A stretch of 64,000 nucleotides of DNA from a virus. The notes beneath the pieces are model-generated. The model saw only the letters and a program-made list of their open reading frames with translations, searched no databases and was not told the DNA's origin. The stretch lies in the IMG/VR virus record IMGVR_UViG_3300016476_001289. One strand, 5' to 3'. Shown piece by piece: positions 48,781 through 59,800 of this stretch (position 1 is the stretch's first letter; each line of letters begins with the position of its first letter). The translations under genes were made by a program, and so were the position numbers.

Positions 48781-49665
48781 ATGTCTTTTAATTGGACTGT
48801 CTTATTTAGAAGAGGTTCTTGGATGGAGTTTAGAAACTTTGCCTTAAATCAAAGAAAAAATGTTCCTTCAAGACTTCAACTTATACAAAGTGAAATTGAA
48901 AAAATAGGTCAGATACGAATCGTTTATCAAAGAACGAATCCTAATGATATTACTTCCCCATTAACAGAAAAAAGACTAGGTTTAGATATATCCGATAACA
49001 CTAGCTTATCTAAATTACTTAAAGCTTATGTTTCTCTTGGTGGTAATCCTTTTGATATTTCTATGTTCCTTGTTCCTGATTCTTATATCTTTATAGATAG
49101 CCCCACAGGTGAAAAAGATGAGAATAATGAAGTTAAAAGAGTAAGTATTTCAACACAACCTTATGATGGGATTGTATCACCTCTTGCTGATGAAAATGCA
49201 GGTGAACCTAATAATTTAAGTGTAGCGGGGTGGCTTCCTATATTAAGATACCCTAATTGGAAAACAGGTAATAATGAATCCTATTGGGATAAAGGTGCTG
49301 ATGTTTATCATGCTATTAAATCTGCTAGGCAATGGATCACCCAAGAGATTAAAGAAAGACGAAATGATATAGAAGCTAGGATTATTAAACTCTGTGATCT
49401 AAGAGAACAACTTTTAATAGAAAGAGAAGAAGTCTTACTTGGTGCGGTGGGTGATGTTTTCCCTTCTCTCTTATTTAATAGTGATGTATATTCCACCACC
49501 CACCACCTATCTTATATCGTTGATAAAATTGATCGTATTTTTCACCCTAATACTAACTCTTTAGGTGAGATTGACTTCACTAAACCCCGACAACCCACCG
49601 ATACTAATATTCAAAACCCTACTCTCGTTGAAGATAACGATGAAGAAAAATGGTCTGCTATCTAA
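48781..49665 (+). CDS. Putative virion structural protein
   Basis: ATG 48781 after AGGAG. Last gene of the operon. Confidence 0.55.
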   Translation: MSFNWTVLFRRGSWMEFRNFALNQRKNVPSRLQLIQSEIEKIGQIRIVYQRTNPNDITSPLTEKRLGLDISDNTSLSKLLKAYVSLGGNPFDISMFLVPDSYIFIDSPTGEKDENNEVKRVSISTQPYDGIVSPLADENAGEPNNLSVAGWLPILRYPNWKTGNNESYWDKGADVYHAIKSARQWITQEIKERRNDIEARIIKLCDLREQLLIEREEVLLGAVGDVFPSLLFNSDVYSTTHHLSYIVDKIDRIFHPNTNSLGEIDFTKPRQPTDTNIQNPTLVEDNDEEKWSAI

Positions 49666-49674
49666 TCTTTTTAC

Positions 49675-49703
49675 TTGACAAACCCTTTTAGAGTGTGTAT
49701 TGT
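49675..49703 (+). promoter_or_regulatory. Sigma70-like promoter
   Basis: TTGACA-N17-TATTGT upstream of the HDAC-ligase genes. Confidence 0.65.
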
Positions 49704-49745
49704 CAATACAAACATACTAACTACACAAAGCAAGGGTAAGGAAAA

Positions 49746-50597
49746 ATGAAGGTTTTTTACAATAAGAACTATGTAGCATCCGTCTCAAGAATGGAGACAG
49801 TAAACAAATCTAAGTGGATGGCAGAGAGAGTAATCCAAGAAGGATTTAAAAATTCGATAGTATCGCCTATGCCTTTATCAAGAGAAGAACTATATGACAC
49901 ACACGATAAAGACTACATCAATAGTTTATATGATTTGAACTTTAAAGGAAGTGCGGCAGTAGGGGGTGAATGGGATCAAAGTTTATTGACTTCCATACAA
50001 TATTCTAATGGGGGAATTAGAGATGCTGTTTTACTTGTACATAAAGAACAAGTAGCAGGTAGCTTATCCTCAGGATTACATCATGCAGGTTCAAATTATG
50101 GAACAGGCTTTTGTCAAGTAAATGGTTTAGCTATGGGTGCTTTAATGGCAAGAGATTTAGGTTATAATGTAGGTATCCTAGATGTAGATGCTCATTGTGG
50201 AGGTGGCACTGCTAATATCCTACATAAGACAGATATTGTTATTGCTGATGTTTCTACTAATTCATATGATAAGTGGACTTATTATAATCCCTTACAAAAA
50301 CTTAGGATTGTAAATAATGAAAGCATTTACCTAATGGAAGTTCAAAATGCTTTAGATTACCTAAAATCTAAAGGCTGTAATTTCATTATGCACAATGCTG
50401 GAATGGACCCAAGTCTAGATGATATTTCTTTCTATACCCTAGCTAAAAGAGAAAAAATGATCGCTGACTTTTGTTATGAAAATAACATGAAAGTCGTATG
50501 GGTTTTAGCTGGGGGTTATCTCTCTAGTTTCTATAATATAGATGAAAATGTTTTAACTGATCTTCACATGAATACCTTTCATGCTTTCAATAGATAG
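49746..50597 (+). CDS. Histone deacetylase family (zinc-dependent deacylase)
   Basis: GLHHA, GFC..N, LDVDAHCGGGT, AGMD, GGY. Confidence 0.9.
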   Translation: MKVFYNKNYVASVSRMETVNKSKWMAERVIQEGFKNSIVSPMPLSREELYDTHDKDYINSLYDLNFKGSAAVGGEWDQSLLTSIQYSNGGIRDAVLLVHKEQVAGSLSSGLHHAGSNYGTGFCQVNGLAMGALMARDLGYNVGILDVDAHCGGGTANILHKTDIVIADVSTNSYDKWTYYNPLQKLRIVNNESIYLMEVQNALDYLKSKGCNFIMHNAGMDPSLDDISFYTLAKREKMIADFCYENNMKVVWVLAGGYLSSFYNIDENVLTDLHMNTFHAFNR

Positions 50598-50605
50598 GAC
50601 ACAAA

Positions 50606-52462
50606 ATGAATAAAACTACTTTAGAAAACCTTATCTCTCACCATAATAAACTTTATTGGTCAGAGAATAAACCTGAAATCACAGATCAAGAATATGATCT
50701 ACTTGTTGAACAATTAAGACAAATTGATCCTACTTCTCCTGTCTTAACTTCTCTTATTGGTCAATATGATGAAATCGGGACAAAAGTAAATCACGATTTA
50801 CCTATGTTAAGTTTAGATAAATGCTATTCACAAGAAGACTTATTAAAATGGGCAAATAAGTTTAAAGGTGGCTATATCATGACACCTAAAATTGATGGTA
50901 TGGCTTGTTCTATTAAATATGTTAATGGCAAATTGTCTGTTGCTTCTACAAGAGGAGATGGCAAAGTCGGAGAAGATATTACTTCTAATGTAATATCAAT
51001 TCCATCTATTCCTAAAACTTTAAAAGACAATTCTACCCTTGAAGTAAGGGGTGAGATTTATATGCCTATAAGCACTTTCACTAAATATGAAAGTGAATTT
51101 TCAAATCCTAGAAATGCTGTTGCAGGGTCTTTAAAGAATAAAGAAGGTAAAGCTATTCTAAATGAGATTAGTTTCTTTGCTTATGACTTAATAGGGTCGC
51201 AAGTAAAATCTTTAAATGAAAGTTTTGATTATCTCAAAGAGCAAGGTTTTCAAATTCCTAGCTATACTGTTTATACTAACAATAAAGATTTACAAAGTGG
51301 TTATGATTCAATCTCTGATCAAAGATCAAGTTTAGATTATGAACTTGATGGTGTTGTATTTAGAGCAAATGAGTATATAGAATACAATAAAGCAGGATTT
51401 ACTTCCCACCATCCTAAAGGTGCAATAGCTTATAAGTTTCAAGGCGATGCCGATAAAACTTATTTAAGAGGAGTTGAATGGCAAGTAAGTAGAACAGGAA
51501 CTTTAACACCCGTAGGTTTAGTTGACCCTGTAAAATTAAGTGGTGCTGTTGTAAGTAGAATTTCTTTACATCATGCAGGTATGATTAAGATTAAAAACTT
51601 AACTCTTAATGCTGAGATTTTAGCAGTGAGAAGAGGTGGGGTTATACCACATTTAGAGAGAGTTATTACTAGTGGAGATAGTGAAATTGAGATTCCTTCG
51701 ACCTGTCCGCATTGTATGTCAAACACCCATTTAGACGGAGATTTTCTCTATTGTTTAGGTGGTGATAAGTGTGTTTCATCTGTAAGTCAAGGTATATCCC
51801 ATTTTATAGATAAAATGGAAATTGAAGGTATGGGGTCTTCATGGGTAGATAAACTAATTGAAGAAGGTTTATTAACTCAAGTATCTGATCTATATAGACT
51901 CAATCGAGATGATCTATTAAAGCTAGAAAATGTAGGGGAAGTAAGAGTAGATGGGTGGTTATCTAGTATAGGCAAATCTAAGAGAATTGAATTAAATAAA
52001 TTCTTGCAGGGTCTAGGGATAGAGGGTTTAGGAAGAAAAGCGAGTGAAGTATTATCATCTAAGTATAAAACTTTAGAAGTGGTAAGAAATCTAAGGGTGG
52101 TGGATATTGAGTCAATCGAAGGATTTGGTTTATTAACATCTCAAGCGATTGTAAATGGGTTAAGAGAAAAGGCTGAGTTAATAGATGATTTACTTCAATA
52201 TATCACTATTGACAATGGTGTAGAGAGAGAAGGTAAATTTAAAGGTTTATCGTTCTTATTTACAGGGACCTTAGTAGCTATGAAGAGAGCAGATGCTGAA
52301 TCGATAGTAGTAGAGCATGGTGGGACAGTAGCTAGTGGTGTAAATAAGACATTAAGTTATCTAGTAGCAGGTGAAAAAGCAGGTAGTAAGCTAGATAAAG
52401 CAAATTCTTTAGGTGTGAAAGTTATCACTGAAAAAGAATTTTTAGATATGAGTAAAAAATAA
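50606..52462 (+). CDS. ligA: NAD-dependent DNA ligase
   Basis: PMLSL, KIDG, TRGDG, EVRGE, DGVV, AYKF, Cys4 zinc finger, HhH repeats and BRCT (GSKLDKA). Confidence 0.95.
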   Translation: MNKTTLENLISHHNKLYWSENKPEITDQEYDLLVEQLRQIDPTSPVLTSLIGQYDEIGTKVNHDLPMLSLDKCYSQEDLLKWANKFKGGYIMTPKIDGMACSIKYVNGKLSVASTRGDGKVGEDITSNVISIPSIPKTLKDNSTLEVRGEIYMPISTFTKYESEFSNPRNAVAGSLKNKEGKAILNEISFFAYDLIGSQVKSLNESFDYLKEQGFQIPSYTVYTNNKDLQSGYDSISDQRSSLDYELDGVVFRANEYIEYNKAGFTSHHPKGAIAYKFQGDADKTYLRGVEWQVSRTGTLTPVGLVDPVKLSGAVVSRISLHHAGMIKIKNLTLNAEILAVRRGGVIPHLERVITSGDSEIEIPSTCPHCMSNTHLDGDFLYCLGGDKCVSSVSQGISHFIDKMEIEGMGSSWVDKLIEEGLLTQVSDLYRLNRDDLLKLENVGEVRVDGWLSSIGKSKRIELNKFLQGLGIEGLGRKASEVLSSKYKTLEVVRNLRVVDIESIEGFGLLTSQAIVNGLREKAELIDDLLQYITIDNGVEREGKFKGLSFLFTGTLVAMKRADAESIVVEHGGTVASGVNKTLSYLVAGEKAGSKLDKANSLGVKVITEKEFLDMSKK

Positions 52463-52528
52463 TATAACAAAAAACGATACCTATCTTGTTATAGGTAGGT
52501 AATCTCTTTTAAGAAAAGGAAAAGCAAC

Positions 52529-52975
52529 ATGAATAAAAGACAAATTCTTTTAGATCACTTAAAGTTAGGTAAGACAAGAATTCAAATAAACACATCAGTT
52601 CCTGGTGTTAAACTGCCAAGTCATTTGATGAGTCAAAGTGCAGTAGCCTTAGATTTATCTTACCTTTTTCAAGTCCCTATGATGATTTCAAGTAACAAAG
52701 TAGTAGCGACTTTATCTTTTCAAGGTCTAGTATTTGAATGTCATATCCCATTTGGAGCAATTTTTATTATTAAACTTGCTGATAGTGTAGACCCCCTAGA
52801 CACTGTTATTTTTCAAGAATGTTTTCCTGGAGAGTTTCTTAGCGAATTAAAGTTTCTAAAAGACATTGGTGATGATAAGAATGTTAATCTCTTTATGGAA
52901 GACCTTGAAGATCAATTTGATAGGGATGATATTAGTGTATCTTTAAGAGATACAGAAGATGAAAAACCACAATAA
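52529..52975 (+). CDS. SspB-like ClpXP adaptor domain protein
   Basis: PGVKLP.HL....ALDLS...ATLSF.G..F.C.IP..AIF core. Confidence 0.7.
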   Translation: MNKRQILLDHLKLGKTRIQINTSVPGVKLPSHLMSQSAVALDLSYLFQVPMMISSNKVVATLSFQGLVFECHIPFGAIFIIKLADSVDPLDTVIFQECFPGEFLSELKFLKDIGDDKNVNLFMEDLEDQFDRDDISVSLRDTEDEKPQ

Positions 52976-53026
52976 TTAGTTTATACTAAATCTTAAAGGG
53001 CTACTTTTCTTTTAAGGTTAGAAATT

Positions 53027-53335
53027 ATGTATATCGTTTTAATATTTTTTTGTGCTGTCACCTATTGGTTTAGATCAAATGCTAAAGTAGCATTTGGTTT
53101 AGATCTATCCCCATTTGAATGGTGGTTATATACTAGCTTACTTACTACTTATGCTTCTCTTCATGCTTGGTGGTATATGAGAGAAACTTTTGATGTATGG
53201 AAAGCAGGGTTAATATGGCAAGTTATTTTATTCTCTGTTGAAGTAAGTCTTAATATGTATTTCTTTGGGGCAAATCCTAGAATGATGTTTGCTCTAGGTC
53301 TTGTCTTTGTAGGTATCTGTGTAGGTTTAACATAA
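53027..53335 (+). CDS. Small four-helix membrane protein (SMR/DMT-like size)
   Basis: 102 aa with about four hydrophobic segments. Confidence 0.55.
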   Translation: MYIVLIFFCAVTYWFRSNAKVAFGLDLSPFEWWLYTSLLTTYASLHAWWYMRETFDVWKAGLIWQVILFSVEVSLNMYFFGANPRMMFALGLVFVGICVGLT

Positions 53336-53376
53336 TCTATTTATGTTTATATCTATATAGATATAGGAGATGATTT

Positions 53377-54444
53377 ATGATTGATAATAAATATTTATGG
53401 AATGTCTTAAAGAAAAACATATTGCTTTTAAATGATAATAATTGGGATGATTTTAAAGGCATAAGTAATAATATCCTTAGTAAAATGATACCTACATATA
53501 AGGGTAATATAACAATGCAGGATTTCAATGACGAATTGCGCAAAGTTTTTGTACATGGAAGTTCTTGGATAGAAAATTTTGAAGACATAGATACTAGTAA
53601 ATTTGAATTTCTTATTGGGATGGGAGACTATCTCTTTAACATAACAGAAGAGAAAATAGAGATACATGGATTCCCTTGTATTTTTTTAGATATGACCGAA
53701 GATGAACTATCTGAATATTATCCCCAAATAGAATTTGCTATCTCTTCTTTAATTAAGATGTTTAAGCATAAATTACCTAAAATCAAAGATTTTTATATCC
53801 CTTTACATTTTGGTAAAGAAGCTACTCTCTGTCCAAAGAATGCTATAGGTTGTTATTCACCTGATTATAAAATCATAGAAGTAAACTTAAATTCTACTTT
53901 AAGTAAGAATAGAGTAAATGCTATAAAAAATGTCCTAGCACATGAAATAGGGCATCACATATTTAGAACTAAGCTATCTGATAAAGCAGTTAAATTTTGG
54001 TATGACTTTGTTAATGGTATGACTATCATTAAGACAGCTAGAGAAGTTTTAGGTGAAAGTGATAATTATTCTCTTGATATTAAAGAAATCTTTAAAAAAT
54101 ATGAAAGTGCACCTGAAGATAGAAGTTTAGTTTTAAACCTACATGAAAAAGCAACATTCTTACTAAAGTTTCAAAAAGACCTAAAATTCTCTTTTAAAAA
54201 CCTACCTAGTCTAGTACAAAAATTCATTAAAGAAAATTTAGATACGCCTATCACCATACACAGAAAACCTACTACTGTTTATGCTAATTCTAACCCTGAA
54301 GAAGCTTTTTGTGAATTTCTTTATCTCCTAGCTAATAATAATACATATAGAATAGACCCTATATGGATGAATTACTTTGAAATTGCTATGGGATTAAGAA
54401 TCAATAAATTTGCTAATAAGAAAAGATTTAATAGATACCTGTAA
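53377..54444 (+). CDS. Zincin metallopeptidase domain protein
   Basis: LAHEIGH plus a downstream YA..N..E.F.E motif. AGGAG RBS. Confidence 0.75.
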   Translation: MIDNKYLWNVLKKNILLLNDNNWDDFKGISNNILSKMIPTYKGNITMQDFNDELRKVFVHGSSWIENFEDIDTSKFEFLIGMGDYLFNITEEKIEIHGFPCIFLDMTEDELSEYYPQIEFAISSLIKMFKHKLPKIKDFYIPLHFGKEATLCPKNAIGCYSPDYKIIEVNLNSTLSKNRVNAIKNVLAHEIGHHIFRTKLSDKAVKFWYDFVNGMTIIKTAREVLGESDNYSLDIKEIFKKYESAPEDRSLVLNLHEKATFLLKFQKDLKFSFKNLPSLVQKFIKENLDTPITIHRKPTTVYANSNPEEAFCEFLYLLANNNTYRIDPIWMNYFEIAMGLRINKFANKKRFNRYL

Positions 54445-55120
54445 ACTTTAATAAAGTCTCAATTTGCTTTTGCCCATCTTCCGATAATAAATATTTTAAC
54501 ATATGGGGTGTATTACTACCTTCTTGTTCATGGTTTCTATTTTGATACCTTTGCCATGTTAAAACACCATAACCACTCTCAGTCGTAAAACCTAATTGTT
54601 CAAATACTTCGACTAATCTAGCACCGACTTCTTGTGTTTGATAATGAGCACCTGAAACTATAAACCCTGCCTTTTTACCCTCAACCGGATTAGCTTCACC
54701 ATATACAGAATGTCTATTTTCTAAGGTGTTAAGTCTTTCTATAATCTTTTGAAAAACAGCATTGTAATTCATCCACCTTACAGAAGTAGCAAATATAATA
54801 ACATCTGCCCATTCTATACCATCATATATAATAGGCATTTCATCAACACCACCATATTGTTCAGGGTCTTCAACAGATAATTTATGAGCCCAGCACCTAT
54901 AAGGACCAGCATCTTTACCCCCACAATTCCACTTATCACTTGAATAACATGACATATTCTCAACGATATGTAATTTATGAGCATCTACATATCTTGTTTC
55001 TACACCTGGTATATCTTTACAAATATCTAAAAAATATTTTAAAGCGATAACAGAAGTTGAGGGTGTGGGATGGTCTTCATTAGGTGTATGTGTAGTAGTA
55101 CTGATACCTAAAATTCTCAT
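54428..55120 (-). CDS. Flavodoxin-fold NAD(P)H-dependent FMN reductase family protein
   Basis: MRILGIS, DEM..IY..I..ADVIIFAT.V.W, K.IERL, GK.AG. Confidence 0.8.
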   Translation of the reverse strand: MRILGISTTTHTPNEDHPTPSTSVIALKYFLDICKDIPGVETRYVDAHKLHIVENMSCYSSDKWNCGGKDAGPYRCWAHKLSVEDPEQYGGVDEMPIIYDGIEWADVIIFATSVRWMNYNAVFQKIIERLNTLENRHSVYGEANPVEGKKAGFIVSGAHYQTQEVGARLVEVFEQLGFTTESGYGVLTWQRYQNRNHEQEGSNTPHMLKYLLSEDGQKQIETLLKFTGIY

Positions 55121-55722
55121 TATGGTTTTCCTTCAAAAGTTAAGATCAAATCTTTAATCTGACCATTTAAACTAGATAACATATTCAAGATAATTTCTCT
55201 CATAGCTCTAAAGTTATTTTTAAACTTCTTATTCATAGAAACGATTAAAGCATCTGACCAAGTTCCACTATCTAAAAATTTATTATATTCATTTCTTAGT
55301 TCATGTAGGTGAAGTTTCATAATCTTTAAAACAGCATAAAGGTTATTCCATAGAGTTTGACCATCATGCCATCCATTTTCACGAGAAGTGTCATCTACTG
55401 AAGCATTTTTAAGATTAGCATTTTCATTGATTTTAATCTTTAATAATAAAGGGAAAGATGTATTTAAGGTAATTTCAAGACCTTTTAGTTTCTTAGCCAT
55501 TTTATGATAGATATGAATAAGTTCTTTGTATTGCTCAGGAGTAATATCTATATAATTTAATTCTGATGTAGATAAGCCTGTTAGGTGATTTTCATTCCAA
55601 TGAAGCCATTCATCACTATATTTTTGAAAATCTTTTTCAAGTCTAGCGACATGATATTCCATGCTATTTAAAAAGTGACCTAACATTAGGAATAAATAGT
55701 CGGCACTAGAGTATTCTATCAT
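55120..55722 (-). CDS. Hypothetical helical protein
   Basis: 200-aa ORF with GGGAG RBS. Confidence 0.6.
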   Translation of the reverse strand: MIEYSSADYLFLMLGHFLNSMEYHVARLEKDFQKYSDEWLHWNENHLTGLSTSELNYIDITPEQYKELIHIYHKMAKKLKGLEITLNTSFPLLLKIKINENANLKNASVDDTSRENGWHDGQTLWNNLYAVLKIMKLHLHELRNEYNKFLDSGTWSDALIVSMNKKFKNNFRAMREIILNMLSSLNGQIKDLILTFEGKP

Positions 55723-55784
55723 TTTAATAATCTCCCGATAGGTTTTATCTTATCTAAGGGAGATAGATATAAATATATTATTGC

Positions 55785-56840
55785 CTAGATAGGTTCATTC
55801 TTTTGTAGTTTTTGGAAGTAGTAAAGAGGGAGACCTTCTAGATGAATTCTTATTTTTTCTTTTTGAGAAAGAGCAAATAAGTCTAATGCTATATCTTTTG
55901 CGAAAGAATCAAAGAGATCACTAATACTAGTAGCAGTTTCATGTTTGAGAACAATAGATGTAGAGTTATCTCTAAAGAAATAATCATCAAAGAGAACCAA
56001 TGCTTTTCCTAACATTGTTATATACTTTTCTTTTTTAACTTTATTTTTCTTAAAAAGATCTTCTTTTACTATTTGACTTAGAGCTGAAGTAATATCAGAC
56101 TTATTATCAAACAACATAGTAAACCATGAATGAACTTTACCATATAGTTCAACACCGAATTCAGGTGTTGTAAAGAAACTTAAACTACTATATAGTATAT
56201 AGTCGTCATTGAGTCCAAATCCTTTAGTATGTTCTCTCATTTCAATAGTTTGGATTGCTTCTGTTCTTTTTTCAAAATAATTATCTATCCAAGAAACACC
56301 TGTTGTTAATTTAATTTTGCTCCCTATAAATTTAATGGTTTTATCTACACCTAGAAAATACTTATACATATCAACTTTTTTCATATCGGGTATAGATATG
56401 TTAGTTTCTTGGAATACTGTTTCTTGTCTTGAAAGAGAAGCTATCTCATCTACTTTATCTTTTTGGTTTTGTGTTAATGGAAAATTCATTAACATTTTTT
56501 GATGTATATCTTTTAGAAATTTACTTCCTGGATTTGCTCTAATAAGTTTTACTAAGTTATTCATTTGTTCTACACTTGGAACAGATATAGGTGCTTTAGT
56601 AGGTGTTACAGGTGCGATAGTAGGTGATACTTCAAATATTGCCCCAATACCTGACTTCTTAGCTATATCATCAATCACTTCTTTTTGTCTTGGTGATAAA
56701 CTCTTACCTTGCATATATTGAGCATATACACTAGAAACAAAATTAGACTTATTTGACATAGCTAATTGTTGAAATTTTTTAGCTATGTCATTGGATACTT
56801 TAATATATAGAGACGCTACTCTTCTTGCTGATACTCTCAT
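55785..56840 (-). CDS. Hypothetical protein with RRVAS N-terminal motif and duplicated small domain
   Basis: MRVSARRVASLY, two S.F....Q....L[ST]..QK...D.IA units. AGGAG RBS. Confidence 0.7.
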   Translation of the reverse strand: MRVSARRVASLYIKVSNDIAKKFQQLAMSNKSNFVSSVYAQYMQGKSLSPRQKEVIDDIAKKSGIGAIFEVSPTIAPVTPTKAPISVPSVEQMNNLVKLIRANPGSKFLKDIHQKMLMNFPLTQNQKDKVDEIASLSRQETVFQETNISIPDMKKVDMYKYFLGVDKTIKFIGSKIKLTTGVSWIDNYFEKRTEAIQTIEMREHTKGFGLNDDYILYSSLSFFTTPEFGVELYGKVHSWFTMLFDNKSDITSALSQIVKEDLFKKNKVKKEKYITMLGKALVLFDDYFFRDNSTSIVLKHETATSISDLFDSFAKDIALDLFALSQKEKIRIHLEGLPLYYFQKLQKNEPI

Positions 56841-56899
56841 TTATGATATACTCCTATTGAAGTTTTATATAAGAGTATAGAATAAATATATTATTATCT

Positions 56900-59800
56900 T
56901 TATCTTTGATATGGTGCAGGTGATGTTGTGGTATCAGGTTTAACTGAATTATTCTTTACAACAGGTCTACCCTTAATAAAATACCTATCTGCACTAGCAT
57001 AACCTTCACCATAACCACTTGGTGATATACTACCTTGTAATGTAATAGGACTATTATCATCTGATCTATAAATCGCTTGTGTTGTAATAACCACTTGTAA
57101 TTCATCACCATAGGATAAATTATAGGTACTTAAAGTCTCATCATAGTTTTGAACTAACATAGCCTTACATAACAAGACCCCACCTTTTAAGACAGGATTA
57201 ATCTCAGTAGAGAATGACTTATTAGCATAGGTTAAAGGACTACCATCTACACCAAATAAACTAGCACCTCTATTGGTTCTATACTTTTGAGTGCCTGAAG
57301 TATTAGTCAAAGACCAAGCACTATATGATAACTCTGCACCTTCACACATAACAAGAGTATCCCCTGCAACACCATTAATCTTAGGATATGCTTTAGCTCC
57401 CCTTAAAGGTGTTTGGATAGAAGGGACTTTAATAAGACCAGGTAAACTATCCATATAACTTGTGCCGTCATTTAAAATGTCTTCACACAAGAAATCTGAA
57501 TCATTTACGAGGAGACCTAAAGGTAATCTTGAAGTTAAACCTACTAGGGAAATATCGATATTACCATCACCCGCATTATTAGGGATGTCTACACCACCAG
57601 ATAAATTGATCTTAGTGTATTTAGTGTCGGTGGTACTATAACCTAAATTACTACCTGTTCTTAAATAAGCCCTTGTTAAAAGATTAAGGTTAGATAAAGA
57701 ACCTGTATTACTACTATCTATGAAAAGAGTAATATCATTACCAACAGTACCCTTTTCTTTAGCTGTTATTAAGATATAACCTAACTCAGTACTTGTTGTA
57801 CCAGGTGATGATATATAAGTAGCATTTACAAGATTAGTAGCATTAATATCAGTAACAAAACCATTTAAATCAGCTTCATTTGTAGAACCTATTGTAACAC
57901 TTGTTGTGTCGTTAGATGTAGTAATTGTTAATCTAATATATTGATTAGCTGTACCACCTGAGGAGTATATCACTAATACACCACTCGCTACACTACTTGT
58001 ATCTTTAACATCAGCAGTAAAAGCATTAGGATTGTATTTAACAATAGGGTCTGTTGAGGTAGTAGGTACAGAATGACTTGATATCACACCAACATCTGTA
58101 AGTGTGTTGTTATATAAACTCCCACCTATTTTACCTGTCCCTAAAGTTAAATAAAAATCTAATGATGCTAATACCTTTAAAGGTCTAGGATTTACTATAT
58201 CTAAAGCTACACTACCATCAGCTTCAAATTGACCTCTTACTTGTCCACCATTATATTGACTTGATACAGGTGTTAAACCATATCTTGCTGTTGATTCGGA
58301 ATATTGTAAAGATGTCCCACCCTTTGTATGTAAAGGATCACCTTGATATACTGTTCTTGTATATCCTACATATACTTCATCATTACTTTCTAATGCTGTG
58401 GGAATAATAAAAGGTAAAGTCAATTCTTGAGGGAGAACTTCAGTTCTCTTGGAAGTATCAACATTATTGTATCTTCTCACTAAAACATAATTGTTCTTAT
58501 TAATAAAACCCTCAGCGAAACCAAAAATAGTAGCTTCCACTACATATTCAAAATCACTAAATACATCACCTAAAGTCCAAGTAGGTATCTTAGTTATATC
58601 TATCGCATGAGAAGTTAAAATATAAGTATGACTATCATCATGTCCTGTAACATCATTTCCCCCACCTTGTCTAATATACATAGTGTATTTAGTAGCATCT
58701 GTTCTTAAGAGATTAGTTGGGGGGTCAGTTATAGGAGTAATACGATCAGCTTGGTGAGCACCCTTAAAGGTAGTATTTACTTTAGCTACATAATCAGCAA
58801 GTTCATAGACACCATAAACACGAGCAAAACCTAAATATGGAGGAATTTCAATACCATCTAAAGTACTTCCTAAGTCATTTGTAGGTAAATTAGTTAAACT
58901 TACTTTTCTAGCACCATAGGCTTGATGTCCTGATGTTATAGCACCATATTCACCATAATCTAAACCTGTTGTACCTGTTGAGAATAGCATAGGATAGATA
59001 CTTTTATTTGCCCCACCTGTTGAGATACCACCTATAATCTTAAACACATCTGATGCTGTGTCATCTGTATCAGCAAATAAGTGATTTAAACCTGCTAAAT
59101 AAACATCACCTGAGATACGAGTATGGTAAGGAATATCAAGTCTACCAAATTTAGGGAGATACTCATAAGGAAGAGCAAGACCAAGTTTAGGATTATAAGT
59201 AGCATTTGTAGCTTCTGTAAACAAAGCACCACCATCTTTAGTGATTGTAGAGGTATATGCTATATCACCAAATAAACATCCTGTGGGTGTGGTTGTAAAT
59301 TCTTGAACAACAAGATTTCTTTTTCTTAACGGACGAACCATTATAGTCTTAGACCCATTATCTACAAAACATTCACCTTCTCTATCTATATCACTACCAA
59401 GAATAGTATTTCCACCATGATTAGTAGTTTCAGTAATATCTAAACCTTGAGACCCTAAACGATTCCATAATTGAATATGAGTATCTACGGGTAATTTAAC
59501 TACATCTTTACCATAAGTAGCATCTAAGTCTATTTGCTTATTAGAAACAAATAGATTACCTGAGGATACTTCAATAGTGTGGATATTATCAGGTACACGA
59601 GAAGTAGCACCTCTATTACTTGAATAGAGTAAAGAAGTGTTTAATAAGAGCTTAGAAGTATTTATATTTAAAGCATCTAATTCAGTCATCACCACACATA
59701 AAGATTTAGGGTTAGTTGGGTCTATTGTTATATCCCCATCTAAAGCACTAGTTCTTTGTGTTCTAAATTCAACAGTAACAGCAGTGCTTGTAGTATCATC

